This document shows, one piece after another, positions 23,879-37,186 of a stretch of 64,000 nucleotides of DNA. Numbering within the stretch: position 1 is the first letter of the stretch; each line of letters begins with the position of its first letter. Source of the stretch: Octopus bimaculoides (Eukaryota); NCBI RefSeq assembly GCF_001194135.2, contig NC_068992.1, positions 59,067,735-59,131,734 of the forward strand. The letters run 5' to 3'. The notes beneath the pieces are model-generated. The model saw nothing but the letters and a program-made list of their open reading frames with translations, was not told where the DNA came from and did no database searches. The position numbers were made by a program, and so were the translations under genes.

Positions 23879-26479
23879 AGTTTACCATAAATATACATTT
23901 CTACTTTTTCATGTCCGATGATTGTTGAATTTATTTGTCTAATTTTGGAGGAAACTTCCCGATAACAATAAAAACCTATAATATATAGGTTGATAAGTAG
24001 AAATTAAAATAAAGAACGTTCTTAATCACAGAGATAGAGACACGAATTATTTTTAAAATTCGGCAAATCAACAACTCCGAATTTCGGATGCAACTTTACA
24101 TCGACCCCAGTGCCCAACCGGTTCTTATTTCATCGAAAAGACCCCGAAAAGATGACAGGCAAAGTTGATTTACTATGCACAGCTTTGGTTACTAAATATT
24201 TGTAAACCAATCAGCCATTCCTGAGCCCACTACCTGAGTCTATGTTGAGAAGGAGAGAGGGTCATGTTTATAGCAAATGTATTTGCGCAGTGTGGTCTGA
24301 GTTGAATTTTGTTCAAAAGGAAATTAAAAACGTGTCGAATATATTTCACCAAACAGGTATTTATGTTTGAATTATTTCTGGGGCTAAACACTTCAGTTAA
24401 CATATTTAATACAGGAACAATTAAAACGCTAAATATAAATAACTATGAGGAGAAGAATAAGCAATGTTTGATTTAATAACTAATATTGTTTTAAACATTT
24501 AGAAAAGCACTGGAGACAACTCTAAGTATGTTTCTTACCACGAACTTATCAGTGAAATAGATTATTCTATATTTGCTGATGTAGCAATGAAAGTATTACT
24601 AAGTAAATTTACGAGACCGTCTGTTCGTCAATGTATGAAAATAGAATTGGTTAGGGATTAACTCAGACATCTCATCCGCATAAAAGAACAATAGTTACGT
24701 TAGTGTTAACATATTTCATGCTGATTGCCTCTATAGTCCGCCTTCTTATTTTGCAGAATAACGGAACGTTTCAGAGCGTTTCTCAAATATCTTAAAAGTT
24801 CTAATAATAATGTATCTTTACTGAATATTTTCCCACTCGTTTCCATTTCCTTATATTATACCCACCTCCAATATTTCACACATGAAACCTAGTTTCCTGT
24901 TTGTTTTTTATTTTTTTAATTAAAATTTTTTTTTTTTTTGGCATTCGTTGCATTTAAAAACTGGTATTTTCAGTTAACGTCTTTACTTTACCACATGATA
25001 CGATGTGCAAGTTTATTTTTTGTATTCTGACTTAGCTTTGCTTGGCTCTCTTACGTTTCAGGAGGGATTTTTCTTTTTGTAATTTTTGCAATGTTAGGAA
25101 GACAAAGAACTTAAAAAGCTGAATAGAACTTTGTGGCATAATAAACACGGACGTTTATGAATATGGATTTCCACGAAACGAATAAAATCCCACTTCTTTA
25201 CTAAATTGACAGCTTGGATTACAAGTAAAATTATCTTCGGAAATACCTTTTCTTTTTTTATTTTTCATTTTGTTTCTTTTGTAGATGAACGAAAATGCGC
25301 TGCATGAATCAATTTTATTTTGCACTAGATATGAGAGTATATTTGCATAAAATATACAAAGTGCTAAATACAAAAAGCAAAGTGTAGATGTATTAATTCA
25401 TACCTAAGTATCGGTAGTCGAAAGCTTATATGTGATAATATAGCTTCATTCTAAAAGAAGTTAGTTTTTCTTGTAATGTTTTAGGGTTCATCTAAAAATA
25501 GAGGAAGTTCCTAACAATTTGTCTTTATTTTCATCTACATAAAATCAATCCTGAAACTTTATATATACTCTCCTGTTAAAAATATTTTTTAGCAATATGA
25601 CGAAACGAAACACTTATTCAAAAAAAACCCAATCAAATTGATTTTATCCATCCTACTTGTATAAGATAAATAGAATCCATTGATTCTATATTGTCAATAA
25701 GGTTCGTCTACTGATGTGTGATAATCATTTATTGATCTCAGCTGAGTGCCTTTCCAGTTAGGTCTGCAGTGCGATAAAAACTCGGTACTTTTAGTGAAAC
25801 ATTCACAAATTTTATTACAGCATAGCCATTACTCTATAATAATAAATATTACTTCTACACGATATGTATTTAATACTGACATGCATTTAGTTAAAGACAC
25901 ACTACAACCAGTGAACACCAAGTAACAGCAATTATATCACAAAGTAATTGACGAAATCCTTATTCCAGTAACCATTTCCAAAATATAACTACATTGTACA
26001 TAAGCGATTGCAAATAAGACTCAAGAAAACTAATTCATTGTTTCAGAAATGAATTTGTTTCAGAAGCTGTAAAAATATTTCATGGCTATGATTAATAATT
26101 TCTAAGGCAAAGAAAATATTTAAAATAGAAAACGTACAAAACAGAGGAAATAATTCATATTAAAAAATAACATGGTAAAATTACCATTTCCAGCCATTTT
26201 GAATTATTATCATTATCATTATTATCATTATTATTATTATTATTATTATTGTTATTATTATTATTATTCATCGCGGAATACATAAGATGTGATTTCAAAC
26301 GCTCCAGTTTGGTGCAGCTTAAAACATTTATTTACACTGGTTTGATGCTTATTTACATTATTTATGTTATTCCAAGTTGTCAATAGAAACACCAGGAACC
26401 TGTTACTGGTTTTCTGCTGTTGTTTGCCCTCCCCCCCCACTCAGGTGCTATAATTTGACCCACCAAAGAAGTTCGGTGG

Positions 26480-27560
26480 GCGGAACGCGTCTTGAAAGTG
26501 TTGCGGAAAAAGAAAACAACCTCTCCCATGAATCTGGTGACTGCTGAGAATTTCCCTCCACCTCCCTCCGTTATTGGCAACAAAACAAGAGAAGAGGAGG
26601 AGAAAAACGAGACTATTACAGTACAAAGTCCACTTTGTAGTAACAGTAGTAGTAGCAGTAACAGTAACAGCGGTAGCAGTGACAACAGCAGCAACCGCAA
26701 AAGTGACAGCAGCCGCAGCAGTAGTAGAAGCGGTAGCAACAACAACAACAAAAGAGATAGCAACTGCAGCGGCAGCAGCGATAGCAACAACAGCGACAAT
26801 GAAAGCAAAAGTGACAACAGCAACAACAACAAAACCAATCCCAATGACATCGACAAGAAGAACGACAACAACAGCAACAACAACAACAAAGGCGCGTTCG
26901 CAACAGCAGCAGCTGCGAAGAAGAAATAACGCTTTACCATGGAAACTAATTAAAGAAGAAAAAACATGGGCCAATCAAACTATTCCGTCAGAGGCAATTG
27001 AAGCAGTTGAGAGAAGGACGGTGCTTTTCAGATACATCTCAGCAGAGACGAAAAGAGCGGCTTTAATAGCCCAAGTAGATATTGAGGCGGCGCTGAGGTG
27101 CATCAGAAATGACATTGAGTACGTAGCGAGGGGCAAACAATTCGGTACTGTTTAAGTCAAACGCCCTCACTATGAAACATTCAATGACCCCTTGCAAAAC
27201 CAGCAAAGTCATTATGTACCACTCCCACATGGGGAAACGAACAGCACATGTCCGCCTTCCTAGGTTCCTGCCATGACTTGATATTTGGTGGCTTCTGGGA
27301 TGCATAATCGTGGAGGGGACGGATACTGCCTCGACAGGGGTGACAAGAACTGCCAAGGAGGACTGGTTAGGGGCATTGACCCGAAAACATTAAAAAATCC
27401 AGACCACATCCGTCTGCATATCATGACTGAGAAATGACTCATTTGCGAGCTCGCTGCCCCCCAACTGATACAAAGTGCAAGGGGTCAAATGCCTCCACTG
27501 CTACCTACGCTGGGACGCGGACCACAAACAGCACCAGCACCGGCAAAACCACCAGCAACA
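26480..27560 (+). mobile_element. Probable non-LTR retrotransposon ORF1 (gag-like) remnant with a (CAA/CAG)-rich N-terminus
   Basis: After the low-complexity stretch: ERRTVLFRYISA...DIEAALRCIRNDIEYVARGKQFGTV, then LDIWWLLG...TRTAKEDWLG, then HLRARCP (the H-X4-C end of a CCHC zinc knuckle). Stops and frameshifts present; clade assignment is inference. Confidence 0.5.
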
Positions 27561-28620
27561 ACACCAAGCACAGCTCTGAGTGCCTTGGGTATGTACTGTG
27601 GTTCGTTGTGGTGCTCTTATTTTCTTTGTATTGAAAGTGTTTTACGTAGGATGTGTGCGGTTCCTAGTAGTGTTATTTTCTGTATGTTATATATACTTGT
27701 AAGTCCTGGTGATTTTGTTATCTATTTTTCTGAATGCTTTTTTATCATACCTAATGCGCCTACTATGACAGGAATTGTTTCTCTAATTTTTCCGTCAAAT
27801 TTCTGCCTTTCGCTTTTTGTCTATTCCACAGTTTCAGTTCTATGTCTGGTAACTAGTACCGATCTTGAATTAATTGCCTCAATAACATTTCTTGAATTCA
27901 ACTTAACTGTAGTTACATTCCTCACTTTCCTCGTATACACCTTAATTGCAATTTGGTTCGTCTCTTCCAGTTTTGATTCAACTACCTCCAGTATTCCCAA
28001 GTACTTATACCACTGTCCTTTCTCGACTGCTTTCATTATTTTCCCATTTGGCATTTCAATCATCTGGCTTCTTTCAAATCTTTCTCGTTTCATTATCAAA
28101 ATAGTGCATTTTTCAAACCCGAATTCTATTCTTACATGTGAACAGTACGTACAAGACTTTTTAGTTGCTTCTCATTTTCACATAAAGCTTTTAATCATCC
28201 ATAAATAGATTACTTATCTAACCATGCTCTTTTCACAAATTACACAGTATTTTGACCTACCGTATTATCAAACCGGCTGGTAACATTGGAATATACCACC
28301 TATGATGTTAACCTTCCCAATTCAGTACTCCAATATTTCATAATTTCATTGTCTATTGTCTCCATATCTTTTGCCACTCTAAGTATGCTTAATGTTTTAC
28401 TTACCCAACCTTGCAGCGCCATGGCCTTTTCTTTTTTATAATCTAAGTATGCTACTTTTAATTCCGTCAATCTGTTTCTGTAATATCTGATAACCATTTT
28501 ATTAAATAACAACTGGTTTCAATTTGCCCTACGTAGCCTTGCTCACCTCTTTTGTTTCCGTAGAACACCGGTCATAAGCTTCCACATAAGTAGCAAAAAA
28601 ATTATTGGTTGGATATTTAA
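27560..28620 (-). mobile_element. R4/Dong-clade LINE remnant, internally deleted
   Basis: CLLMWKLMTG, QLLFNKM, AYLDYKK, LFMDD (RT motif), YKYLGILE...KLNSRNVIEAINS. This joins directly to the extreme C-terminus IPVIVGALGMIKK...IQKITLLGTAHILRKTLS (27620-27790) and a 3' UTR. Confidence 0.9.
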
Positions 28621-28724
28621 CACCAATTTACATTTCACACGATCATTAAGATACGACAACGTTCGTTCATTTGTTAACTCAGTAGGAACATGTCCTTGCT
28701 AACGGCAAATATATTTATGATTAT

Positions 28725-28920
28725 TAATTTAGCAATTGCGGGGGAGGCTGTAGGTCAGTTGCATCGATCCCAGTGCTCGACGGGTACTTATTTAATTGAC
28801 ACTGAAAAGATTAAAAGCACAGTCGAACTCGGCAGAATTTGAACTCAGAACGTAAAGTCGGAAAAAATGCTGCGAAGCATTCTTCCGGTGCAGTAACGAC
28901 TCTGCCACCTCGCTGCCTAA
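28725..28920 (-). mobile_element. SINE family A
   Basis: GTCGAACTCGGCAGAATTTGAACTCAGAACGTAAAG...CTCTGCCACCTCGCTGCCT. Confidence 0.85.
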
Positions 28921-29915
28921 TGACAAACACATTTTAGTCATAAAAAACACACACGAAAAAAAAAAAACATGTTAACACCACTGAAACGTTTATTATTTGA
29001 TTATTTGATGTCAAAGATTTTGCTGCACCAACTGCTATGTGGTCACAGACATGTTTCCACGCGTCTCGCATAGCTGATCAANNNNNNNNNNNNNNNNNNN
29101 NNNNNNNNNNNNNNNNNNNNNNNNNNNNNNNNNNNNNNNNNNNNNNNNNNNNNNNNNNNNNNNNNNNNNNNNNNNNNNNNNNNNNNNNNNNNNNNNNNNN
29201 NNNNNNNNNNNNNNNNNNNNNNNNNNNNNNNNNNNNNNNNNNNNNNNNNNNNNNNNNNNNNNNNNNNNNNNNNNNNNNNNNNNNNNNNNNNNNNNNNNNN
29301 NNNNNNNNNNNNNNNNNNNNNNNNNNNNNTGATACTTTGCTTCATATATAAAATTCTTATACTGTAAATTATTTTTCTTGTTTACATTTTAGAATTAAGG
29401 TTTAAAAAATTAAAATTGACTGGATAAACGATGAAACCATAACATTTCTTTTTTGAAATCTAAGCTGTTTTTATTGTTGATTGGGCTTTTCAAATGTGAA
29501 TTTCCTTCCTCTGCTTTACTATATGAAATTTTCAAATTTATACAAAAGAGAAAATGAGATTCTCATTTTTTTATTCTTAAAATATTATATCCTTCAAGAA
29601 GCATGCTTTAATGGTTTAATCGAACACAACCGACACCACTATATTATTTATTGCTTTAAATCTAATATTTCTTTATTCTTTAAAATCTTTTCGTCTCTTT
29701 TGCCGCACTGCTACGCTATAAGAAAGTAAACAAACCAATACCAGTTTCCAAGTAATGTCGACAAAAAGACATGCACACACGCAGACACACATGCAAACAT
29801 ACACAACATGCATATAACACATACACATATATGTATGTGTATGCATGTATGTTTGTGCTTGAGTGTGTATCTGAGCATCTGTGTGTGTGCCTGTGTCTGT
29901 GTGTGTGTACAAACG

Positions 29916-29921
<6 letters not shown>

Positions 29922-30006
<85 letters not shown>
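29922..30006. repeat. Long (TA)n microsatellite
   Basis: About 85 bp of perfect TA. Confidence 0.95.
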
Positions 30007-30008
<2 letters not shown>

Positions 30009-30244
30009 GGGGTACTTCCATACAGTTTCTACTTATTGAATTCATTCACAAGGTATTGGTTGGCCTGGAGCTCTAGTAGACGCTATTGACGGAGTCGAGA
30101 AAATAAGAGAAAAGTTATAATGGCCTATGTTTTAAGGTGAGCGATGTGTTATGGTCACTTTATTAAGCAGCGGCGTCAACACTCACGCTTTCACGGACGC
30201 ACATCAGATGCTCTGTTCTTCTTTTATATCCATTATCATACTGC

Positions 30245-30458
30245 TTCTAAATTTGGGCACAAGGCCAGGAATTTCGGGGGAGTGGATAAGTCGATTACAC
30301 CGTCCCCAGTGTTCAACTAGTACTTATTTTGTCGACCCCGAAAGGATGAAAGGAAAAGTTGACCTTGGCGGAATTTGAACTCAGAACATAGAGACGGAGG
30401 AAATGCCGTCAAGCATTTTTCCCGGCATGCTAACTACTCTGCCATCTCACCGCCTTAA
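30245..30458 (-). mobile_element. SINE family A, full length
   Basis: AAATTTGGGCACAAGGCC...GACCCCGAAAGGATGAAAGG...GGCGGAATTTGAACTCAGAAC...CTCTGCCATCTCACCGCCTT. Confidence 0.9.
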
Positions 30459-30517
30459 ACGCATTACTATATTGTTTTATATCATTTTATGTTATATTAT
30501 GTTACATTATATTATGT

Positions 30518-30830
30518 GAAGGTGAATGGCTTAGTGGTTAGGGAATTCGGTTCGCGATCCTAAGATTCAAAGCTCAATCTCCAGCGGCGACGCGTTGTGT
30601 CCTTGAGCAAGACACTTTACTTCACGCTGCTCCAGTTCACTCAGCTGGCAAAAAATGAGTTATACCTGTATTTCAAATGGCCAACATTGTTACGTTCTGT
30701 CACGCTGAATCTCCCTGAGAACTTAGGTAAGAGTACATGTGCCTGCAGAGTGCTCAGCCACGTTCATGTTAATTTCATGAGCAGGCTGTTTTGTTTATCG
30801 GATGACTGGAATACTCGTCGGGACGTCAGT
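30518..30830 (+). mobile_element. tRNA-head, CORE(MIR)-like SINE (family C)
   Basis: TGGCTTAGTGGTTAGGG head, GTTGTGTCCTTGAGCAAGACACTTTAC CORE-like motif; 3' part homologous to the reverse complement of 56430-56600. Confidence 0.8.
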
Positions 30831-31622
30831 TAATATTATGTTATATTATATTATATTTTAATAACCAGCTGAGTGTACAGGGAGTAGACGTTACTTTCAC
30901 AAATTCATAACGTGCTTCTGAACCGGGAATCGATCCTTATGATCAAAAGTCTAGTTGTCTAACTACGAGGTCACGCTGGTTCAATGAGAACTAATTAATC
31001 TCAGTAAAAGGTGCTCTCTTTAAAAACCATAACTGCAAACTACCTAGATATTGAACCCTTGTTTACTGAGGCCCTGTTGAGTCTGTTTCTTGCACTACAG
31101 CATCGCGTTAAATACGATCTCTTAGATATCAACGCTACTAGAGCAAGAAAATATCTCAAATAAAATTTAATATCCGATTACCAGCATGACCGTTTCAATG
31201 AGAGGGTTCACAGATTAAACGCTTGAAGAAGTTTTGATTAATTTTCTCGATTCAATAACTTTTCAATGACTGTTCAATAGCATTGGGATGCCTATCTGTC
31301 TCTAAGAAGATGATTGGGAGAGAATTAACCACAAATCTCTTCTACATTCCCATGAGTTAGGCCTTTAATGAAGCGTTACCACTACTAATCATAACTATTG
31401 ACGCAAATTATGTGGGTTTCTCTTTTAATTTGGTTCGTCGCTGGTGTCTTTTTTTTATGAAGACGTTTAGCTCCCTTAATAAAAAAAATTCATATTTGTT
31501 TTAATTTAAAATTTTAATTTATTTAATTCATTGGAATAAGTTTTGGTAACGGTTAAAATTGCTATGCATATTTCTCTCATTCTTCGCTATGAATAAAAGA
31601 AACAACGCAGCAAGCAGCAGTA

Positions 31623-31659
<37 letters not shown>

Positions 31660-31736
31660 CGTGCGTGTATGTGTGTGTTATATATGTAAATTTATATGCA
31701 TATTATATACGCACACACATGCAAATACATATATTA

Positions 31737-31770
<34 letters not shown>

Positions 31771-31781
31771 CTTACATACAT

Positions 31782-31832
<51 letters not shown>

Positions 31833-32115
31833 CGTATGTATGTATGTATGTATTTATGTATGTATGTATGTGCAGATTTGTATGTTTTACGTATGTGTTC
31901 TCATGCACAGAGTTACATATCTAGACATGCTCATATATATTTAGATGATAAACTTCTATGTATGTATGTATAATTTTTGAGTGCTAATATTTAACCTCAA
32001 TTAAACGTGGATATTCTATTGGAACAAACTATACTGCGGTTTATAGCGAGAGGGTAAATTCCTGCGACCTCCAGCGCCGAGATCACCAGATCACATGATT
32101 TTGATCTACATGGTG

Positions 32116-32250
32116 TAACGTTCCGGACTTGAATCCTTCATCAGAAGAAGAGAAGGAAATTGTGAAGCCTAGAGGAATGGGAAATAGTCTATTTATAAAA
32201 CCAGTGGGGAGGACATATGCGTCTGTCGAGTCGGTGTTAGAGGTAGATCC
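32116..32250 (-). mobile_element. Penelope-like terminal-repeat remnant with a degenerate minimal hammerhead motif
   Basis: Minus strand: pyrimidine-rich run then CTGATGA-A-GGA-TTCAAG-TCC-GGAA-CGTTA. The typical PLE tail is CTGATGAAGG...CCGAAACGT. Confidence 0.55.
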
Positions 32251-32759
32251 ATAACTAAAATTACAAAAATATATCAGTAATGAAAATTGCGGATTATTAT
32301 ATATAAACGAGGAGAAGAAAGCATTAAATACGACGGATGTCTCATAAATGATATTGGATTTAATTTTTTAATTATATTTCCGTGATGATTCCTTAGTTTT
32401 AAAATGAGAAATGTAGTGAAATCAAAAAGCAAATAAATATTTCTCCAATTGCAAATATTCTACAAATAGTGGGCTTTTTTTATTATCCCTTTTCGGTTTA
32501 CTGCTTTATTTGGCAGTAAATGAGATTATATGATAATTCTGAATAATATAATTAAATAACACCATGGTTCGGTTAGTATGAATGTTGATATTGATGGTAG
32601 CCATCGGGTAACCATTACTAGTCTTGTTGTACTAAAACTGTTTTGTTTTTATTGCTTCTGTTTTGTTGTTCTTCTTCATCTTAATATTTTTTTTTCTTCG
32701 TTCTGGTTTGTTTCAATCTTTACTCTTCTTTTGATTTGATTTTTGATTTTATTTATTTA

Positions 32760-33420
32760 TATTTTGTACTATCCCCCCACCACCACCACCTTTTGCTGCT
32801 TCTCCTTCTGCCGCTACAATTACTTTTCATCTTTTCTTCTACTCCTACATCTTCTTCTTCTTCTTCTTCTTCTTCTTCTTCTTCTTCTTCTTCTTCTTCT
32901 TCTTCTTCTTCTTCTTCTGTTGCTTCTTCAATTCTTTCTTCTTTTTGCTTCCTTTTTTCTTTTCTTTTTATAATTATTGTTGTTATTCTTTCTTTTCTTC
33001 TTTTACTTCTATCTCTATTTCTTTCCCTGCTTATTTTCTTGCTCTCCTCCCCTCCATCTCCTTCCTTTTTCCTCTTCTTATTTCTCTTTTTCTCCTCCTC
33101 CTCCTCCTCCTCCTCCTTCTCCTCCTCCTTATTATTATTCTGCTGCTGCTGCTACTGCTGCCTCTTTGCTTTTCTTTTTCTCATTCTTCGTCTACTTCTT
33201 CTTCTTCCTCTTTTGTCGCTTCTTCTTCTACTTCTTCCTTTTCTTTTAGTACTACCACTCCTGCTGCAACTACTACTACTATAACATCTTTTTCTTCTTT
33301 CTTTCTGGTGGTGGTGGGGGTGGCAGCGGCGGCGACGACGGTTTTGGTGTGATGGAGATGGTGATGGTGGCGGTGGCCATGATGGTTGTTGCGACAATGA
33401 TGGCGTGGTAGTATACCAAC
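32760..33420. repeat. Low-complexity (CTT)n/(CCT)n/(GGT)n tract
   Basis: Perfect (CTT)n at ~32849-32917 inside degenerate trinucleotide repeats; this explains the poly-S/L/P ORFs. Confidence 0.9.
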
Positions 33421-34272
33421 ATTATCACCACATCACACCAACATTATCATCATCCTTACATCAACATTTTCTTCATCCTCGCACCAGCATTATCACCTAG
33501 TATCACACCTCTATTATCACCACCAACAAACCAACATTATCACTATCAGCTCAACGTTATCACCGCCACAGTAATAAAGGTGGTGTGATGGTTGTGACAA
33601 TATTGATGTGACGGTCATGATTAAAGTGATGTAATACTATTGATTGTGATAGGGATCATAAAAGTATTGAGATGATAATGTAGATTCAAGTAACAGAAAA
33701 ATTTATATTGAACATTTTTAATCCTACGGTGTATTTGTGAACTAATATGAAAATATTTTAAACGCGATGCTAAACTTCAAAATTACAAATATGTTGTGTT
33801 CTTCCATTCCAGAAAAATACACCATACATCATTTTGAATTTGAATTCTGCTGAATAACCCCTGAAGAATTAATCTCTAATTAGTCGTTTATATGTCAATC
33901 AAAATCTTCATTCAGCATCTTTAATGAGGATTCCATTTAAAAACTTTTTTTTTCTTTTTGTATGAGACCCTAACTAGTGCTATGAATATCCTGTTTGAAA
34001 ACACTTTAAACACACTCCAGTTTTCAAATGTGGTTCTGCTTGATTTCTTTTTTTTTTTTCTTTTATTATTACATTTCAGAAAGGATTTCTTAAGATTGGT
34101 ATTGAACTCCTTTTCATTTGATCGTTTGGGATTTTCTTTGTGATCTGACGTTAACTGCAATAATCTCCCATTTTTGCAAAAGCTGTACAGAAGAAAACCG
34201 TCGAACCCCCAAAATTTTCATTCTTTTATTTGTGTCATTTATTATTTTTATTTATTTATTAATTCATTCATT

Positions 34273-34305
<33 letters not shown>

Positions 34306-34334
34306 GTTCAGTAGTTTTATTTTTATAACGTGCT

Positions 34335-34368
34335 TTCACTTCACTACCGAGCATTATTATTATTATTA

Positions 34369-34418
<50 letters not shown>

Positions 34419-34621
34419 GTTATTATTATTATCATTAAGGCGTCGAAAAAGCTTAGCGGCATTTCATCCGCCTTTGAGTAGAGAGTTCAAATTCCGCCGA
34501 GGTTCACTTTGCCTTTCATCCTTTCGGGGTCAGTGGAATAAGTACCAGTTACAGATTTGGGTTCATATAATCGACTAACCTCCTCCCCCAGATTTCAAGC
34601 TTGGTGCCTATAGAAGAAAGG

Positions 34622-34662
<41 letters not shown>

Positions 34663-34692
34663 TACTACTACTATTATTAATACTACTACTAC

Positions 34693-34749
<57 letters not shown>

Positions 34750-34750
34750 C
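34335..34750 (+). mobile_element. SINE family A (34438-34620) embedded between (ATT)n tracts
   Basis: AAGGCG...GAGTTCAAATTCCGCCGAGGTTCACTTTGCCTTTCATCCTTTCGGGGTC...GTGCCTATAGAAGAAAGGATT, flanked by (ATT)n. Confidence 0.85.
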
Positions 34751-35066
34751 ATCTTTCAATTTTGTTTCCATTTTTTGCCGAGTGTCTTCCCAACACCTAG
34801 AGTAAAGAAACTCACTGTATACATTGGTGGGTCATCGACATAAATACACCAGATTGTTCATTTACAAAGTCATGTGATAGGAAAAAGGTGGAAGAAAAAC
34901 AGGGAGAAAAGGGAAGAAGGAAAAAAAAATAAAAACGAAAGGGAAAAGGAAAGAAAAATTCACAGCGACGATGCTCTTCTCAATGCGTGTAACTGGTACG
35001 GCCAGTTAAGACAATCTTTTGTACTTCCTGCATGGATAGTAACCCAAGGATCAGCTTCAAAATCAT

Positions 35067-35098
<32 letters not shown>

Positions 35099-35369
35099 CT
35101 ACTGTTGTTGTTGTTAGTGTTGTATTCCCTCCTCTGCCTTTCAACCTTTTTTCAATGTCCTAGGATATTTGCTGATTTCAGTCACTGAAAAGAGTTTTTT
35201 GTAGGTTTGACGTCATGTACTCAAGTTAGAAGTGAGAGGGTATATATATATTTTTTTAATTATCATGTACATTGGAAGTTATAAAATATACTAAGTTTAT
35301 AAAAATATGTACAGTCACTGATCACAAATCATTTCACATGAATATATTTAACATAAAATCGACGAGCTG

Positions 35370-35575
35370 ATCCAAGTACTATCGCTCCAGGCAAAATGCT
35401 TAACGGCATTTCGTCCGTTTTTACGTTCTGAGTTCAAACGCCACAGCGATCGACTTCGACCTTCGTCCTTTTGAGGTCAATAAATTAAGTACCAATTGAG
35501 CACTTAAGTCGATGCAGTTGACTAAACTCTGCTCCGAAATTGCTGGCTTTGAGCTCAAATTTGAAACCAGTATAT
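35370..35575 (+). mobile_element. SINE family A
   Basis: AAATGCTTAACGGCATTTCGTCCG..TACGTTCTGAGTTCAAA...CAAATTTGAAACCA. Confidence 0.85.
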
Positions 35576-35666
35576 TTAATATTCTATAACTGATTCATTG
35601 AAGGAAAATAAGAAAGTAATCAAAATGACCCATATTAATTTTTTTCACGAGAGACGTATACATATC

Positions 35667-35726
<60 letters not shown>

Positions 35727-36449
35727 NNNNNNNNNNNNNNNNNNNNNNNNNNNNNNNNNNNNNNNNNNNNNNNNNNNNNNNNNNNNNNNNNNNNNNNNNN
35801 NNNNNNNNNNNNNNNNNNNNNNNNNNNNNNNNNNNNNNNNNNNNNNNNNNNNNNNNNNNNNNNNNNNNNNNNNNNNNNNNNNNNNNNNNNNNNNNNNNNN
35901 NNNNNNNNNNNNNNNNNNNNNNNNNNNNNNNNNNNNNNNNNNNNNNNNNNNNNNNNNNNNNNNNNNNNNNNNNNNNNNNNNNNNNNNNNNNNNNNNNNNN
36001 NNNNNNNNNNNNNNNNNNNNNNNNNNNNNNNNNNNNNNNNNNNNNNNNNNNNNNNNNNNNNNNNNNNNNNNNNNNNNNNNNNNNNNNNNNNNNNNNNNNN
36101 NNNNNNNNNNNNNNNNNNNNNNNNNNNNNNNNNNNNNNNNNNNNNNNNNNNNNNNNNNNNNNNNNNNNNNNNNNNNNNNNNNNNNNNNNNNNNNNNNNNN
36201 NNNNNNNNNNNNNNNNNNNNNNNNNNNNNNNNNNNNNNNNNNNNNNNNNNNNNNNNNNNNNNNNNNNNNNNNNNNNNNNNNNNNNNNNNNNNNNNNNNNN
36301 NNNNNNNNNNNNNNNNNNNNNNNNNNNNNNNNNNNNNNNNNNNNNNNNNNNNNNNNNNNNNNNNNNNNNNNNNNNNNNNNNNNNNNNNNNNNNNNNNNNN
36401 NNNNNNNNNNNNNTATATATATATATATTTATGCATATATATATATATT

Positions 36450-36480
<31 letters not shown>

Positions 36481-36959
36481 ATTTATGTATGTATGTATGT
36501 ATAAACTCGCCCACACATATATTAGATACGCCATGGAGTGAAATCAGACTTTCATTTTGATAAATGTCCGTTTGTTTGAGTTCTTACTTTTCTTGTTCCT
36601 ATTTACAAATTTAGTTTTGACTTTTGGGTTGGTTTTGTATTCTAGTTTGTTAAGACCGATTATCTCTTGGAAGGTGATTTCTAAATATGACCATATTAAG
36701 ATAGTCTCTAACATTCCAGGCTGTCGCTCTCTGATTCTGAGCGGCCGTACATAAGCAGCTTTCTCATGCTATTTCTTTCTCTCTTTCTCTCTCTCTATCT
36801 CTTCTTATACCTGTCGCATTTTTTCACTCCTCAAACTTTTGCAATTTCAAAATACAAGATCGTCTTAAATCTCTTTCAGAATATCCTAATCCAATTGATC
36901 TGCTCGCTAGACTACGCTTTGCTCTACACGAATATGTGCTTCAGTTCGAAACCTTACAT

Positions 36960-36987
36960 CTGCTGCTGTTGCTGCTGCTATTGTTGC

Positions 36988-37030
<43 letters not shown>

Positions 37031-37086
37031 CTTCTTCTTCTTCTTCTTCTTCTTCTTCTTCTTCTTCTTCTTCTTCTTCTTCTTCT
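36960..37086. repeat. Compound (GCT)/(GTT)n/(CTT)n microsatellite
   Basis: Direct inspection. Confidence 0.95.
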
Positions 37087-37186
37087 TGAAAGGCACCGCA
37101 GCCANNNNNNNNNNTTCTTCTTGAAAGGCACCGCAGCCAAGCTCAGTTGATCTGGGGGATCTTTCTTACTTTTTTAAGGCATAAAA

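Noticed and set aside
26492-26929. 145-aa Ser/Asn-rich ORF as a standalone gene
   Set aside because: It is a degenerate CAA/CAG tract open in several frames and is better explained as the start of a retroelement ORF1 remnant.
37080-37139. 25-bp direct repeat either side of a 10-N gap
   Set aside because: Same assembly artefact.
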